This document shows positions 31,834 to 41,853 of a stretch of DNA of 64,000 nucleotides, piece after piece. A program made the position numbers and the translations under genes. Origin of the DNA: a virus (Duplodnaviria > Caudoviricetes). Within the stretch, counting starts at the first letter, position 1; each line of letters starts with the position of its first letter. Location of the stretch: the IMG/VR virus record IMGVR_UViG_2901040167_000002, positions 5,147-69,146 of that record; one strand, 5' to 3'. A model generated the notes under the pieces. It ran no database searches and was not told where the DNA came from. It saw only the letters and a program-made list of their open reading frames with translations.

Positions 31834-32013
31834 TTATTTCTGACGCTTGGATAATAACATTGCTAATAGCATTCTACCTTCTCTCATATTTTCCTCTATA
31901 TCAATGCTAGACTTCTTACTAGGCATTCTTTTTGCTTTTTCTATTTGAGATATTAAAATATCAGCAGATTTATTATCAATAACTGAATCTGTCATAAATG
32001 AAATTGTTGCCAT
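31834..32013 (-). CDS. Orphan small antitoxin-like protein
   Basis: Same GGGAGTTGATTAAT-ATGGCA start as the two GNAT-linked small genes, but followed by a terminator instead of a toxin. Confidence 0.6.
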   Translation of the reverse strand: MATISFMTDSVIDNKSADILISQIEKAKRMPSKKSSIDIEENMREGRMLLAMLLSKRQK

Positions 32014-32137
32014 ATTAATCAACTCCCTTTTTCTTAATACTTTTACATTTCATCTCTTTATTTTCAATATTTCACGATTGTTTTAATAGATTATTCCATA
32101 GAAAATAACCTAGCTTGTACACTTGTTAGATTCTTAG

Positions 32138-32734
32138 CTATATGTTTAAGTTACTTAAATACTCATCTACATTTAGTCTTAAACTAATTGGACTATCTGA
32201 TTGCCTATTTTCTCTTTGTACTTTATTTTCTTGAAATCCGAGGTTCTCATAATAGCTAATCCTATGTTCATAACAATCCACTGTTAAAAATTTAATACCC
32301 AATGAATCTCTTAATTCAAATACGGTTTTTACCGCAAAATTTATGAGTAAAGTTCCTACTCCCATTTTTTGATGTTTAATATCAATAGCCAGTCTAGCTA
32401 TTTTAAGTGATGGTATATTCAAGTATGGAACCTTTTCACTTTCTTTTTCGCTTAAGTCTAGTCGAATTGAATCTGCACATAATGAAATAAAGCCAGCTAA
32501 TTTACCATCAATAAAAAATAGATGTGTTGTATTTAAGAATTTCGCTTGTTCTTTTAAAGCTTCCTTCTTAAAAAACTCATCTATTTCCTTTGAGTGCTTT
32601 TTGAACTTTTTCTTTTTTTTTGACTTAAATCCAATAAACTCCTCATTTTCATCTAAACATGTAAATTTCTCAATATGTTCTTCATGTATTTCATTTAATT
32701 TGATTATTTTTATAGATTTTGAATCGTCCTGCAA
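32138..32734 (-). CDS. GNAT acetyltransferase, putative toxin
   Basis: FTC...IDEFFKKEA, LAGFISL, PSLKIARLAIDIKHQKMGVG, FLTVD, YYENLGF. Confidence 0.85.
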   Translation of the reverse strand: MQDDSKSIKIIKLNEIHEEHIEKFTCLDENEEFIGFKSKKKKKFKKHSKEIDEFFKKEALKEQAKFLNTTHLFFIDGKLAGFISLCADSIRLDLSEKESEKVPYLNIPSLKIARLAIDIKHQKMGVGTLLINFAVKTVFELRDSLGIKFLTVDCYEHRISYYENLGFQENKVQRENRQSDSPISLRLNVDEYLSNLNI

Positions 32735-32746
32735 TGAAACTACACC

Positions 32747-32947
32747 TTATTTCTCTTCTAATTTCTTGAAAAAATCAATTAATTTATTCCCTTTGATAAT
32801 TGATTCCTTACTTGTTTTCCTATTTAGTTCATTTAATACGTTTTTCGCTTCAACTCCATATAAAATTGGTGTTGGTGCTAATTGTGTTGCCATATAAATC
32901 AACTCCCTCTTTTTTAACACTTCCCCATTCCATCTCTTAATATCCAT
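32747..32947 (-). CDS. Small putative antitoxin with two in-frame starts (32947 and 32893)
   Basis: MATQLAPTPILYG..A motif; directly upstream of the GNAT gene. Confidence 0.65.
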   Translation of the reverse strand: MDIKRWNGEVLKKRELIYMATQLAPTPILYGVEAKNVLNELNRKTSKESIIKGNKLIDFFKKLEEK

Positions 32948-33378
32948 ATATATCACCCCATATATTTAGTTTAATCTATGAGCTATATAAATATTTGTCA
33001 TAAACTGACGTTATGATGGCAATGTTATTAACTTATTTTCTTCTAAAATAATGTATTATTTTGTATTACATTGTATTACATACCTTTATTATACGTATTA
33101 TTATAAGTATTTACAAGAAATTTATGGTTAATTTTGTGTATAATTCCGATTAACTATTATTTAATATAAGTATATATTTAATTAAAATCTTTATTTTAAT
33201 CTTTTTTCTAATTATAATTATCATTTACGAGTATATTATATAAGATTATTATTTTCTAGTCTATTACTACTTATACTTTTAAAAATTACATTTATAAACC
33301 ATAAAAAAGAGTAAGTAAAATAAATTACCTACTCTCCTTATAAACTATCTATTACTCTTTAATTGACAATTGTCAAAA

Positions 33379-35688
33379 TTAAATTAATATATCTTTTTTA
33401 TTCCCTTTTCCTTCTAATACTTTTTTAAAACTCTCAGAGGTAATTATACTACTTTTTTCATTATTACTATATCCTAATTCTATTTTTGCTGCTTGCTTTA
33501 TTATATTTAATACCTCAGTCTTCCCATGCGTATTATTTACTAGCCACTCTATGAGATCTATACTTCCGTTCTCTAATATTATTTTATTACAAAATAACAA
33601 GTCTTTTGTTATTTTTTCTTTATTAATTTTCAAAAATCCTTCTCTCAATTTCATATCAAAAGCTTCATCAAAAGCCTTTTTGTCAAAAATTTCTTCAAAC
33701 GCCTTTTTGTCAAAAGATTCTTCATTTAATTTTTTAAAATCATTTAATGTATATTTAAATAACTCCTCAAATGATATATAAGATTTTTTTTCATTCTTAT
33801 ATATATTGTTATTTATATTATCAACTATATTATTAAATATAGTTCTTACATCATCTTTTCTTACATCTATACTAGTATGCTTTGATGATAACATTAAAAT
33901 ATTAGCTATATAATTATTAATTTCAAAATCATAATATTCATAATTGTCTATATCAACTATCAATTTAAACTGAATATTTTCTGAAATATTTATAATTTCT
34001 AATGAGAAATTTAATATATCCATATACACATCATATATATCATCAGTCGTTATAGAAAGTTTTTTCTTGAAAATACTAATATCTATAGGTATTAATACTT
34101 TTCTATTTCCCATTTCTTCATCTAGCTTAACAATTCTTTCAATTACTGAACTTTTGATGTTACTAATATTTTCTGAAAAAATTTCATCATGAATATGATC
34201 AACTTTTTCACTTCCAACTTCTTGTTTATAAATATATTTTTCTATATTAGCAATAAAGTTTGCAAGTAAAAATGATATCATATAGGAATAATAAGTTCTA
34301 GCCTTTACCTTTGTATGATCTCTTGTGAATTTATTACAATTAAATTCTATATCCAATATATCAAATTTTTCTTTCTCTTCTACAAAATTTTTAAATATAG
34401 ATTCTATATCTGATTTACTATCTTTTATTATAATATAGTTACTTTTATCAATAATCTTTTTTTCATCATTTGTAAATATACTGTCAAACTTAAAGCCATC
34501 TTTCAATAATTCTAATATATTATTGCATTTATCTTTATTATCCATTATCCACATTCTATTATTTTCATTAATTTCATCTTCTAAGATAATATCACTTAAT
34601 TTTTTAAATCCAACAAGCTTTTCTTCTATAGGATATCTATTTTCTATTGCTATAGTAGAATCATAATATATACCTATAAATTCTTGTTTTATATTAACTT
34701 CATTGAATAAGCTTTCAGCTTTTTCTCTACCTAGTACTGAACCATCTATTCTAGAAAAAACAACTGTACATTTTTTATTTTCTCCAAGCATATCTAAAAT
34801 TAGATTAGTTCCTTTAACATTCTCTTCATTAGGATATGCTAATAAAAATACCTCATCAGCTATTTCACCAATAGATAACGCCCCCCAATTATTTATACCA
34901 GTTCTAGAATCTATCAATACATAATCTATATTATACTGTCTATTCATTTCATTTATTAAGTCTTCAATATATTGATTTTCAGAAATTCTTCTTTCTTTAA
35001 GCATATCTAATCTCTTAACATACTTAGGACTTATTTCACCAGTTGGTAAAACATATACCTCTCCTTTTGCACTTAAAGGGAGTTTAGTCATCATTGACGA
35101 TAATTGTATCTCATCTAGATCATACATTTTATTATAAAGATACTCTACCAATCCATTTTTAGATTTAATTTCATTCTTAAAAATTTCATTAAAACTAGGT
35201 GCTTCTATATCCATATCTATTAATGCAACTTTTTTTCCTTCTGCCGCTAGTAGTGTTGCTGTATGAATTAATGCAACCGTTCTACCAACCCCACCTTTAT
35301 ATGAGTAAAATGATACTACCTTAGGTTCTGTTTTCTTTTCTTTTTCCAATAAATTATTATTTTTATTATCTATAATTGCTCCAAAGCTTGAATTATTTAT
35401 TTCTTTTTTTATCTCAGGTTTTTCGATTCCTAAAAATTCAGCTTCCTCAGGACTCCAAATATTTATAAATCCACTATGTATTTTCTCATCATTTTTTAAA
35501 TCTTCATTATATAAATCTATTTTTTCTTCTATAAACTTATTAAAATCTTTTATTGTTTTATTATTAGATGTAACTATATCTAAATCTAACCTATTAATAT
35601 TTACTATATTTATATCTATCCAATCTATATCTTCATTAATAATAAAATATTTAATCAATTCATTTTTTAAATCCTGTATGTTTTTCAA
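33379..35688 (-). CDS. ParA/MinD-like ATPase with KGGVGR variant Walker A and long C-terminal extension
   Basis: SFYSYKGGVGRT, LIDMDIEAP, YVLIDSRTG. Confidence 0.85.
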   Translation of the reverse strand: MKNIQDLKNELIKYFIINEDIDWIDINIVNINRLDLDIVTSNNKTIKDFNKFIEEKIDLYNEDLKNDEKIHSGFINIWSPEEAEFLGIEKPEIKKEINNSSFGAIIDNKNNNLLEKEKKTEPKVVSFYSYKGGVGRTVALIHTATLLAAEGKKVALIDMDIEAPSFNEIFKNEIKSKNGLVEYLYNKMYDLDEIQLSSMMTKLPLSAKGEVYVLPTGEISPKYVKRLDMLKERRISENQYIEDLINEMNRQYNIDYVLIDSRTGINNWGALSIGEIADEVFLLAYPNEENVKGTNLILDMLGENKKCTVVFSRIDGSVLGREKAESLFNEVNIKQEFIGIYYDSTIAIENRYPIEEKLVGFKKLSDIILEDEINENNRMWIMDNKDKCNNILELLKDGFKFDSIFTNDEKKIIDKSNYIIIKDSKSDIESIFKNFVEEKEKFDILDIEFNCNKFTRDHTKVKARTYYSYMISFLLANFIANIEKYIYKQEVGSEKVDHIHDEIFSENISNIKSSVIERIVKLDEEMGNRKVLIPIDISIFKKKLSITTDDIYDVYMDILNFSLEIINISENIQFKLIVDIDNYEYYDFEINNYIANILMLSSKHTSIDVRKDDVRTIFNNIVDNINNNIYKNEKKSYISFEELFKYTLNDFKKLNEESFDKKAFEEIFDKKAFDEAFDMKLREGFLKINKEKITKDLLFCNKIILENGSIDLIEWLVNNTHGKTEVLNIIKQAAKIELGYSNNEKSSIITSESFKKVLEGKGNKKDILI

Positions 35689-35691
35689 AGA

Positions 35692-36231
35692 CTATCTCAC
35701 CTCTATACTTTTACTATTTTTAATAATCCATCTATATAACTCTCTAAAACTTTTCTCCCATCGTTCAAATAAATCATCAATACCATCAATATCATTATAA
35801 GATTTATATCTCAAGTCTATATATCCATTTTTCTCTCCTAATGGATTATTAATTAGTTTTAAATTTTTCTCCATATCAATATCATCAGTTAATAACTCAT
35901 TCAATTCAACGATTTTCTGTATTGCTTTTTCTATATCATGTCCTGGATTTTCACATGTTGCCTCTGGAAAATCTTTTGGTTTAATATTCCCTCTAGACAT
36001 AATATCTTCATGTGTAGCTGAATTATACCACTTTTTATTTCCGTGACTTTTTTTTATTCCATTAACTTTTACTAAAATAGACTTTAGATATATTTCTATT
36101 ACTATGCCTCCCCAATGCATTAAGAAAACCTTCATATCATCATCTATTTTTTTCATGCATAAATACTCATTAAGTCTTTCATTATAAGCCTCATGAAAAT
36201 TTTCTATATCCCTAAATCCTTTACTATCCAT
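35692..36231 (-). CDS. HEPN-like protein
   Basis: GGIVIEIYLK helix, GHDI and DLRY motifs; 3 nt from the ATPase start. Confidence 0.6.
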   Translation of the reverse strand: MDSKGFRDIENFHEAYNERLNEYLCMKKIDDDMKVFLMHWGGIVIEIYLKSILVKVNGIKKSHGNKKWYNSATHEDIMSRGNIKPKDFPEATCENPGHDIEKAIQKIVELNELLTDDIDMEKNLKLINNPLGEKNGYIDLRYKSYNDIDGIDDLFERWEKSFRELYRWIIKNSKSIEVR

Positions 36232-36461
36232 CCCTTGCTCCCATTTATATAAAATATAGAATAATTATAACATATTAATTAATGGATTAATAACCATATA
36301 TATCATAGTAACATTATTTGGAATAATTTTACATATTTATTTTGTTTTATTTTCCGACAATAAATTTTATTTTATCTATTTCTAACTACAATTATCATTT
36401 ACGAGTATTTATAATAAGATGATAATTCTAATTAAAAAGGGCTAAAAAGCCCAATTTAATA

Positions 36462-37313
36462 TTACTCTTTAGGAGCAGCCTTCGGTTCTGACCCTTTTCC
36501 AGCTAACCCCATACTAGCTAAATCCTTTTTATCTAAAGAATCAATTGGGAATATAATTATTTGTCCCATAGATTGTCCATTATTAGGGTTCATAATTTCT
36601 ATCTTAGAATCAAATTTTCCTCCGTCTGATTTAGATTTTAAATCATCTTTGAAGTTACCATCTAATCTTCCCATTGGGAATCTGTATTGTTTTACAAACT
36701 TAGTTGATGGAACACCATCTTGTATAATAACAACTGGCGCAGATACTATAACTTCAAATGACTTTGCAAATTTGTTTGCATCTATGTCTATAGATATACC
36801 AGTTGACTCAATGTTATGTCCCCATACATATACTTTTTTACCATCTTCTATTGTTCCTGATCCAAAAGTAATCTTTTTATTATCTTCAGATACAGTTATT
36901 TTACTTGTATCTATTAAAGCACCCGTTTCTTTGTTAAATATCTTTAAAGTCTTAGGATCAATTGGTGCAGCATCTAAAGTTATGAAACCTCCTTGAACTA
37001 CATAATCTTTAGCTTCTTTGAATACAGCTACTTCACCCTTCTTAATTTGTTGACCTAATTTAGCAGCTGTCCAGTCCATTCTAGTAACTGCATCACTTAA
37101 TGATATTGTAATTTGACGGTTTTCTCCCCAAGAATATAATGTTGGATTTCCTATACCACCTTGTATCTTCTTATTATCTTCTTTAAAATCAATACCTACA
37201 TCTTTCATAGTTTGTGAAAAGTATTGTACACCAGTTTCTTTATCAATAAGTGTTATATTAGCTGTTGTTGTACTAACACAATACTTTAACATTTCTTCAA
37301 TATTTAAATCCAT
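36462..37313 (-). CDS. Major tail (tube) protein
   Basis: IQGGIGNPTLY motif, position after neck genes, GGAGG RBS, downstream terminator. Confidence 0.75.
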   Translation of the reverse strand: MDLNIEEMLKYCVSTTTANITLIDKETGVQYFSQTMKDVGIDFKEDNKKIQGGIGNPTLYSWGENRQITISLSDAVTRMDWTAAKLGQQIKKGEVAVFKEAKDYVVQGGFITLDAAPIDPKTLKIFNKETGALIDTSKITVSEDNKKITFGSGTIEDGKKVYVWGHNIESTGISIDIDANKFAKSFEVIVSAPVVIIQDGVPSTKFVKQYRFPMGRLDGNFKDDLKSKSDGGKFDSKIEIMNPNNGQSMGQIIIFPIDSLDKKDLASMGLAGKGSEPKAAPKE

Positions 37314-37375
37314 ATAAATTCCTCCTTTTATTATTTATTTTATTTATATAAAGCTTTTGCTTTTTATCATATTGT

Positions 37376-38212
37376 TTATTTATTTTGTATTTTTTCATCA
37401 TTTTCACCAACTACTGGTTGATTAAAATCAAATTCCTCTGGATGCCTATTTAAATCTATTTTTTTATCCAACTTTGGAACTTCCACATCTTTGCTTCCAT
37501 ATCCGCTAGTCTGTATGAGCTTTACCCAATCATAATTCTCTAAAGTTTGAAATCTTGCGAACTCTGCCATAACCTGATAATATGTATACTCTTTAAAATC
37601 TTTTGGGTGTATGCCTTTTTTTAGGCTTAATATTTGTAGTATAGCTTCTAAATCAGAAGCTTCTTCCTTTACAGTCCTTTGCTTTTCTCTTAATTGTTCG
37701 AGCATGCTTTGAAGTATAAAATCATCATAATAAAGAGGTGCAAAAAGTAGATTTTGTCTCATAACAACTTTTCTGTATTCCTCAAAGTTTTCGCTATTAA
37801 TTTCATCATCATCTAAAACACTCTTCTCAAGCTTTACTTTCATATTTTCCTCATCTATAATAACCTTACATTTTAAAGTCATTTCTAGAATTTCTTTAAA
37901 TTCTTCCATGTTCATTTTATATTTATAATCTACCTTGTTTAAATTCTTATAAAATTTCTTATCAGAGTCACCTATAAAAGCATTTAGTAATGTTTCATCT
38001 TCAGCTATTTCAAATTGTTTAATCTGACATATAATTATCTCTAATAAACTAAAATCAAGTTTTTGCCCTATAGTACTTTCTATAGATCTCTTATCTGGTA
38101 TCAAATATTTCTCAGCTAAGAATTTGAATCTATCATATTCAGCAATAGATATAGGATAAATATTTCCCATTCCTTCTACATATTCTTCAATACCTAAGTA
38201 ATCATTAATCAT
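37376..38212 (-). CDS. SPbeta-type virion morphogenesis protein
   Basis: GNIYPI, INSENFEEYRKVVMRQN, YTYYQ motifs; synteny. Confidence 0.6.
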   Translation of the reverse strand: MINDYLGIEEYVEGMGNIYPISIAEYDRFKFLAEKYLIPDKRSIESTIGQKLDFSLLEIIICQIKQFEIAEDETLLNAFIGDSDKKFYKNLNKVDYKYKMNMEEFKEILEMTLKCKVIIDEENMKVKLEKSVLDDDEINSENFEEYRKVVMRQNLLFAPLYYDDFILQSMLEQLREKQRTVKEEASDLEAILQILSLKKGIHPKDFKEYTYYQVMAEFARFQTLENYDWVKLIQTSGYGSKDVEVPKLDKKIDLNRHPEEFDFNQPVVGENDEKIQNK

Positions 38213-38843
38213 TTAATAACTCCCTATCTGTTAGAGGTTTCGCTATTAACCTAATTATTTTACCCATATTGCCACCAGTACCTATTTTTACAGATTGGAT
38301 ATTAGAAACCGTAAACTTTAACTCCCCTATTTCTTTTTGAGACTCTTCATCATTATATTTTTCATCAAAATCTTTGCATACCTGATCTGCAATCTTTAAG
38401 GCTCTCTCCTCTCCATAAGGTTCAAGTATATTATATGTTGGTGTATAAGCTATAACTATATCGAAAATATATTTACCTGTCGTATACTTACTGTTAAATT
38501 TGGCATTATAGCTATCTACAAAAATTAATATTTGTTCCTCTGGTTGTAATGAATCATCAAACGCATAAGGAATTAATATTCTATCCCTTGATTGTACCAT
38601 TGGGTATTCACCATCTTTCAATATAGTTAATAACCCACAATCCAAATCAGATTGTTTTATCATATTATTATTGTAATCAACACCTTTTTTTAGTAGAGGT
38701 GTTTTAGTCAAATATCTGCACAATCTCACTATGCTTTGATTATTATTTATTGTTCTAACTATATGCCTTTTACCACTTTCTACTATCTTTATTTTATTAG
38801 AAAATGGTATGCTTTCATTGTATTGCTGCGTATAATAGCTCAC
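38205..38843 (-). CDS. Putative tail terminator/neck protein
   Basis: 212 aa in the neck module, overlaps the next gene. Confidence 0.5.
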   Translation of the reverse strand: MSYYTQQYNESIPFSNKIKIVESGKRHIVRTINNNQSIVRLCRYLTKTPLLKKGVDYNNNMIKQSDLDCGLLTILKDGEYPMVQSRDRILIPYAFDDSLQPEEQILIFVDSYNAKFNSKYTTGKYIFDIVIAYTPTYNILEPYGEERALKIADQVCKDFDEKYNDEESQKEIGELKFTVSNIQSVKIGTGGNMGKIIRLIAKPLTDRELLND

Positions 38844-38862
38844 TAAATCATCCCTCCATTCT

Positions 38863-39780
38863 CTAATAGATTAATATATATTCTTCTTTTAATAATTTAT
38901 CTTCTTTAACAAGTTGTAATGTTGCATAATCACCACTTTTAACCCCTGCAAAACTATATTTACCTGGACTAATTAATGTTAATTTTCCATAATCATCTGT
39001 TTGTAATGTTGCATTTATTGGCGTTATAGAAATATCTATTATTTCTCCTACCTTACACTTATCAGTGTTTAAAATAATATTAGGCTCTGTTGTATCATCG
39101 CTAGGTCGCTCTGCATTATCATCAACTGATTTTAATAAATTTTTATTGTAAGCTATATTATCTTTTAAATTATCTAAAGAAGTTATAGAATCTAGTATAC
39201 ATTCCATTACATATATGCCATCTAGTACTGTATCATCTATTTTAGTTATTTCATAGCAAGTTCTATGATTAAATACAAATCTCATATTTTCTTTATATCT
39301 ATCTGTCCATTGGTTTTTTTGAACCCATATTTTTAATCTTGCATCACGTTCTTCAAAATAATTGTTATCCTTTACACCTTTTGTACCATAGGTAGTGTTA
39401 TCTGCTACACATGGAATTGGATAAGGTTGTCCCTCACACATTAAAGTTTGATTACAATATCTAATCTTCGTCTTCAAATAGACTTTATGATTATCTACCC
39501 TACTTAAAACAATATAAACAACTTCTTCTCCATTATCCTTATACTCTATATAATCTCCTCGTTTTATAGGTATTCCCATCTCTACTTGAATGCTTCTTTC
39601 TTCTTTGGATTCAGTCATTGGATTCAATGTATTTCTAATTAATGCTCTTACTGTATCATTAGAGTTATTGATTTTTATATCTTCCCCTTCTGTGCCACTC
39701 AATTGTTTCTTAAATATAATTTTCCCACTATTTATTTTTATAGAGTTAGGTGATGTTTTATAATAATCTAAACGTTTCAT
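38863..39780 (-). CDS. Putative head-closure protein
   Basis: IKRGDYI...IRYCNQTL pattern of SPbeta-type neck proteins. Confidence 0.55.
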   Translation of the reverse strand: MKRLDYYKTSPNSIKINSGKIIFKKQLSGTEGEDIKINNSNDTVRALIRNTLNPMTESKEERSIQVEMGIPIKRGDYIEYKDNGEEVVYIVLSRVDNHKVYLKTKIRYCNQTLMCEGQPYPIPCVADNTTYGTKGVKDNNYFEERDARLKIWVQKNQWTDRYKENMRFVFNHRTCYEITKIDDTVLDGIYVMECILDSITSLDNLKDNIAYNKNLLKSVDDNAERPSDDTTEPNIILNTDKCKVGEIIDISITPINATLQTDDYGKLTLISPGKYSFAGVKSGDYATLQLVKEDKLLKEEYILIY

Positions 39781-39790
39781 TATCTATCAC

Positions 39791-40222
39791 CTACACTTCA
39801 TACCCAAGATCTTCATCTTGTATTAATGCCATATATTCATTCTTAAAATCATTTATAGTTTTCAATCTACCACTACATTGAGCTTTATAATCCTTCATAC
39901 CTAAATCATTTGCGACAACATTATACAAAGAAGTAAACTCAGTAAATTTAAATTTAGCAAAGTTATAAGCTATAATATTTGCTAATATTGTTATTTCATT
40001 TTCATTGAGCTTAAAATTAGCTTCTTCACTTATATCATCTAACTTTAAGTTACCAGTAAAAGTAGAATATTTATTGGCCAACTTATTATATCTAACAGAA
40101 GCATTATTAATCATATTTTTCATAACATTTTCATTAGTTGGTATTTCTTCATAATTGTAACCACATACTCTAATAAACGTTTCCCATATTTCATCATAGG
40201 TAGTATTCATTTTGCTCACCAC
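39791..40222 (-). CDS. Putative head-tail adaptor
   Basis: TTYDEIWETF...FKLNENEITILA; position after the capsid genes. Confidence 0.6.
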   Translation of the reverse strand: MVSKMNTTYDEIWETFIRVCGYNYEEIPTNENVMKNMINNASVRYNKLANKYSTFTGNLKLDDISEEANFKLNENEITILANIIAYNFAKFKFTEFTSLYNVVANDLGMKDYKAQCSGRLKTINDFKNEYMALIQDEDLGYEV

Positions 40223-40231
40223 CCTTTTCTA

Positions 40232-40699
40232 TTATTCTTCACCGAATAGCTCTTCTATTGATAATCCTGACCCTAATAAATCTTTTATCATTTTTTGCTT
40301 ATTAGCATTTTCTATTTTTATTTCTTTGGCCACCTTGTAAATAAATTGTTTGGTAGCAGCTTCTTCTATTTCGCTAAAAGCTTTTTCTAAAGACTTTAAA
40401 TTTCCCTTTAACATTTTTTCAACTTCTTCTTTAGTTAATGCATTTTTTTCATACTTTTCAACATCTGGTATTTCCTCTAATAAGTCTTTCTTTAATTCAT
40501 CAGATATTTTTTTACCTAAAACTAGTTTGCCGCTTTCTAATGCAGAAGTACCCATAGCTATAAAATCATAAACTTCTCTTGGTACTTTTTTTACGCTTGG
40601 TACTCCATTCCTAGCCCCCAACCATTCATACTTTTTATTTTCATAATTTACCGTATACGGATTCTGTCTATGTCTTTCTAAAATTATTTGTTCTTCCAT
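40232..40699 (-). CDS. Conserved phage protein downstream of the capsid gene
   Basis: 155 aa with RBS; synteny with the SPbeta head module. Confidence 0.6.
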   Translation of the reverse strand: MEEQIILERHRQNPYTVNYENKKYEWLGARNGVPSVKKVPREVYDFIAMGTSALESGKLVLGKKISDELKKDLLEEIPDVEKYEKNALTKEEVEKMLKGNLKSLEKAFSEIEEAATKQFIYKVAKEIKIENANKQKMIKDLLGSGLSIEELFGEE

Positions 40700-40774
40700 T
40701 TTCTTCTCTCCTTTGTTATTAGCACTTTATTTTAATAAAATAAGAGATGGAATTAACCATCTCTTGTAAGTTTA

Positions 40775-41824
40775 TTAAACAGTTATTGTATCCTCTTCTA
40801 CAACACCTAAAAATCTACCATTTAATAATGTAACATCAGCATCAAACTTAACTAATATTTCTACTCTTTCAGATTCTTTATCTATTTCTGAATACTCTCT
40901 TCTATTACCATACTCAGTAATACCGAATGGTTTGCCTTTAGCATTTGAAGGGAACATAAAACCTTGCTTTACATTAAACTTAACTTCTGAATTTTTTTCA
41001 TCTATCCAAGGGTTAGGGAATGACATAGCTAATGATTTAGATATTTTACTTGGTACAAGATCCTCTCTTAACATATCCCTTACATCATCAGTTAATAAGT
41101 TAACTTGTGCTGTTGGTATTTGATTAGCAAAATGATTTATTAATGATGTATCAGCTATGAATAGCGGTCTACCTCCACCTAATCTTATCATTACATTCTC
41201 TACTTTTTGGAAGTCTGATAAAGTTAAATTTGAACCTTCTTTAACATTATTACTAGGTATTTGAGCATTTTTAATAGATTCCTTCATGCACTCAAACATT
41301 AGTTCAAAGAACTTTTCAATCTTGGCATTTGCAAGTTGTGCTACCGCATCCTTGAAAGCTTGTTCTGGATTTCCCATAAAACTAGTTATTTCATAATATC
41401 CACCATAACCAAAAGTCTTTCTTTGTGCTAATTTTTTAGTTTCATTCCCACTTAATCTTACTAAGTCTACACCTGAACCATTAGCAGCATATAATATTTT
41501 TGGCTTAGTAGTCTTAGGGATGTCATACATAACCACAGCATCTATATCTGCATTCTTATATTGTGCTAGTAGATTTAATATACCAGTTATTTTGGGCTCT
41601 GCTATAGTTTCAGCAGTTTCAACTATTAACTTGTTAAATCTTTCTAAATTTTCTCTTGAAGGCATCCCATGCCCCCATGTTTTTTCGCAAATGTCCATGA
41701 AATCTTTTTCATCAACATTAACATCCTCTCCATCTACTTTTTCAATTATCATTTTATTTTTAAAAACTCTAACACCTAGATTTTTTAATTTATCATCTAT
41801 TGACATCTTTTGTATTCTACTCAT
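40775..41824 (-). CDS. Major capsid protein
   Basis: 349 aa after protease and decoration genes, AAGGAGG RBS, followed by hairpin AAGAGATGG/CCATCTCTT. Confidence 0.8.
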   Translation of the reverse strand: MSRIQKMSIDDKLKNLGVRVFKNKMIIEKVDGEDVNVDEKDFMDICEKTWGHGMPSRENLERFNKLIVETAETIAEPKITGILNLLAQYKNADIDAVVMYDIPKTTKPKILYAANGSGVDLVRLSGNETKKLAQRKTFGYGGYYEITSFMGNPEQAFKDAVAQLANAKIEKFFELMFECMKESIKNAQIPSNNVKEGSNLTLSDFQKVENVMIRLGGGRPLFIADTSLINHFANQIPTAQVNLLTDDVRDMLREDLVPSKISKSLAMSFPNPWIDEKNSEVKFNVKQGFMFPSNAKGKPFGITEYGNRREYSEIDKESERVEILVKFDADVTLLNGRFLGVVEEDTITV

Positions 41825-41853
41825 AATTGTTGTATTCCTCCTTTATTTTTTAT

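Larger units (their letters stand above)
33207..36430. repeat. ~45 bp direct repeats flanking the HEPN/ATPase cassette
   Basis: Exact core AATTATCATTTACGAGTAT at 33216-33234 and 36390-36408 with similar flanks. Confidence 0.75.

Noticed and set aside
32050-32052. TGA read-through or alternative genetic code in the third antitoxin leader
   Set aside because: Single case in a degraded leader lacking the upstream RBS; long genes read normally in the standard code
33379-35688. ParA as the replicon's partition ATPase
   Set aside because: Variant Walker A, large extra domains, no ParB/parS, and located in the accessory island far from repA
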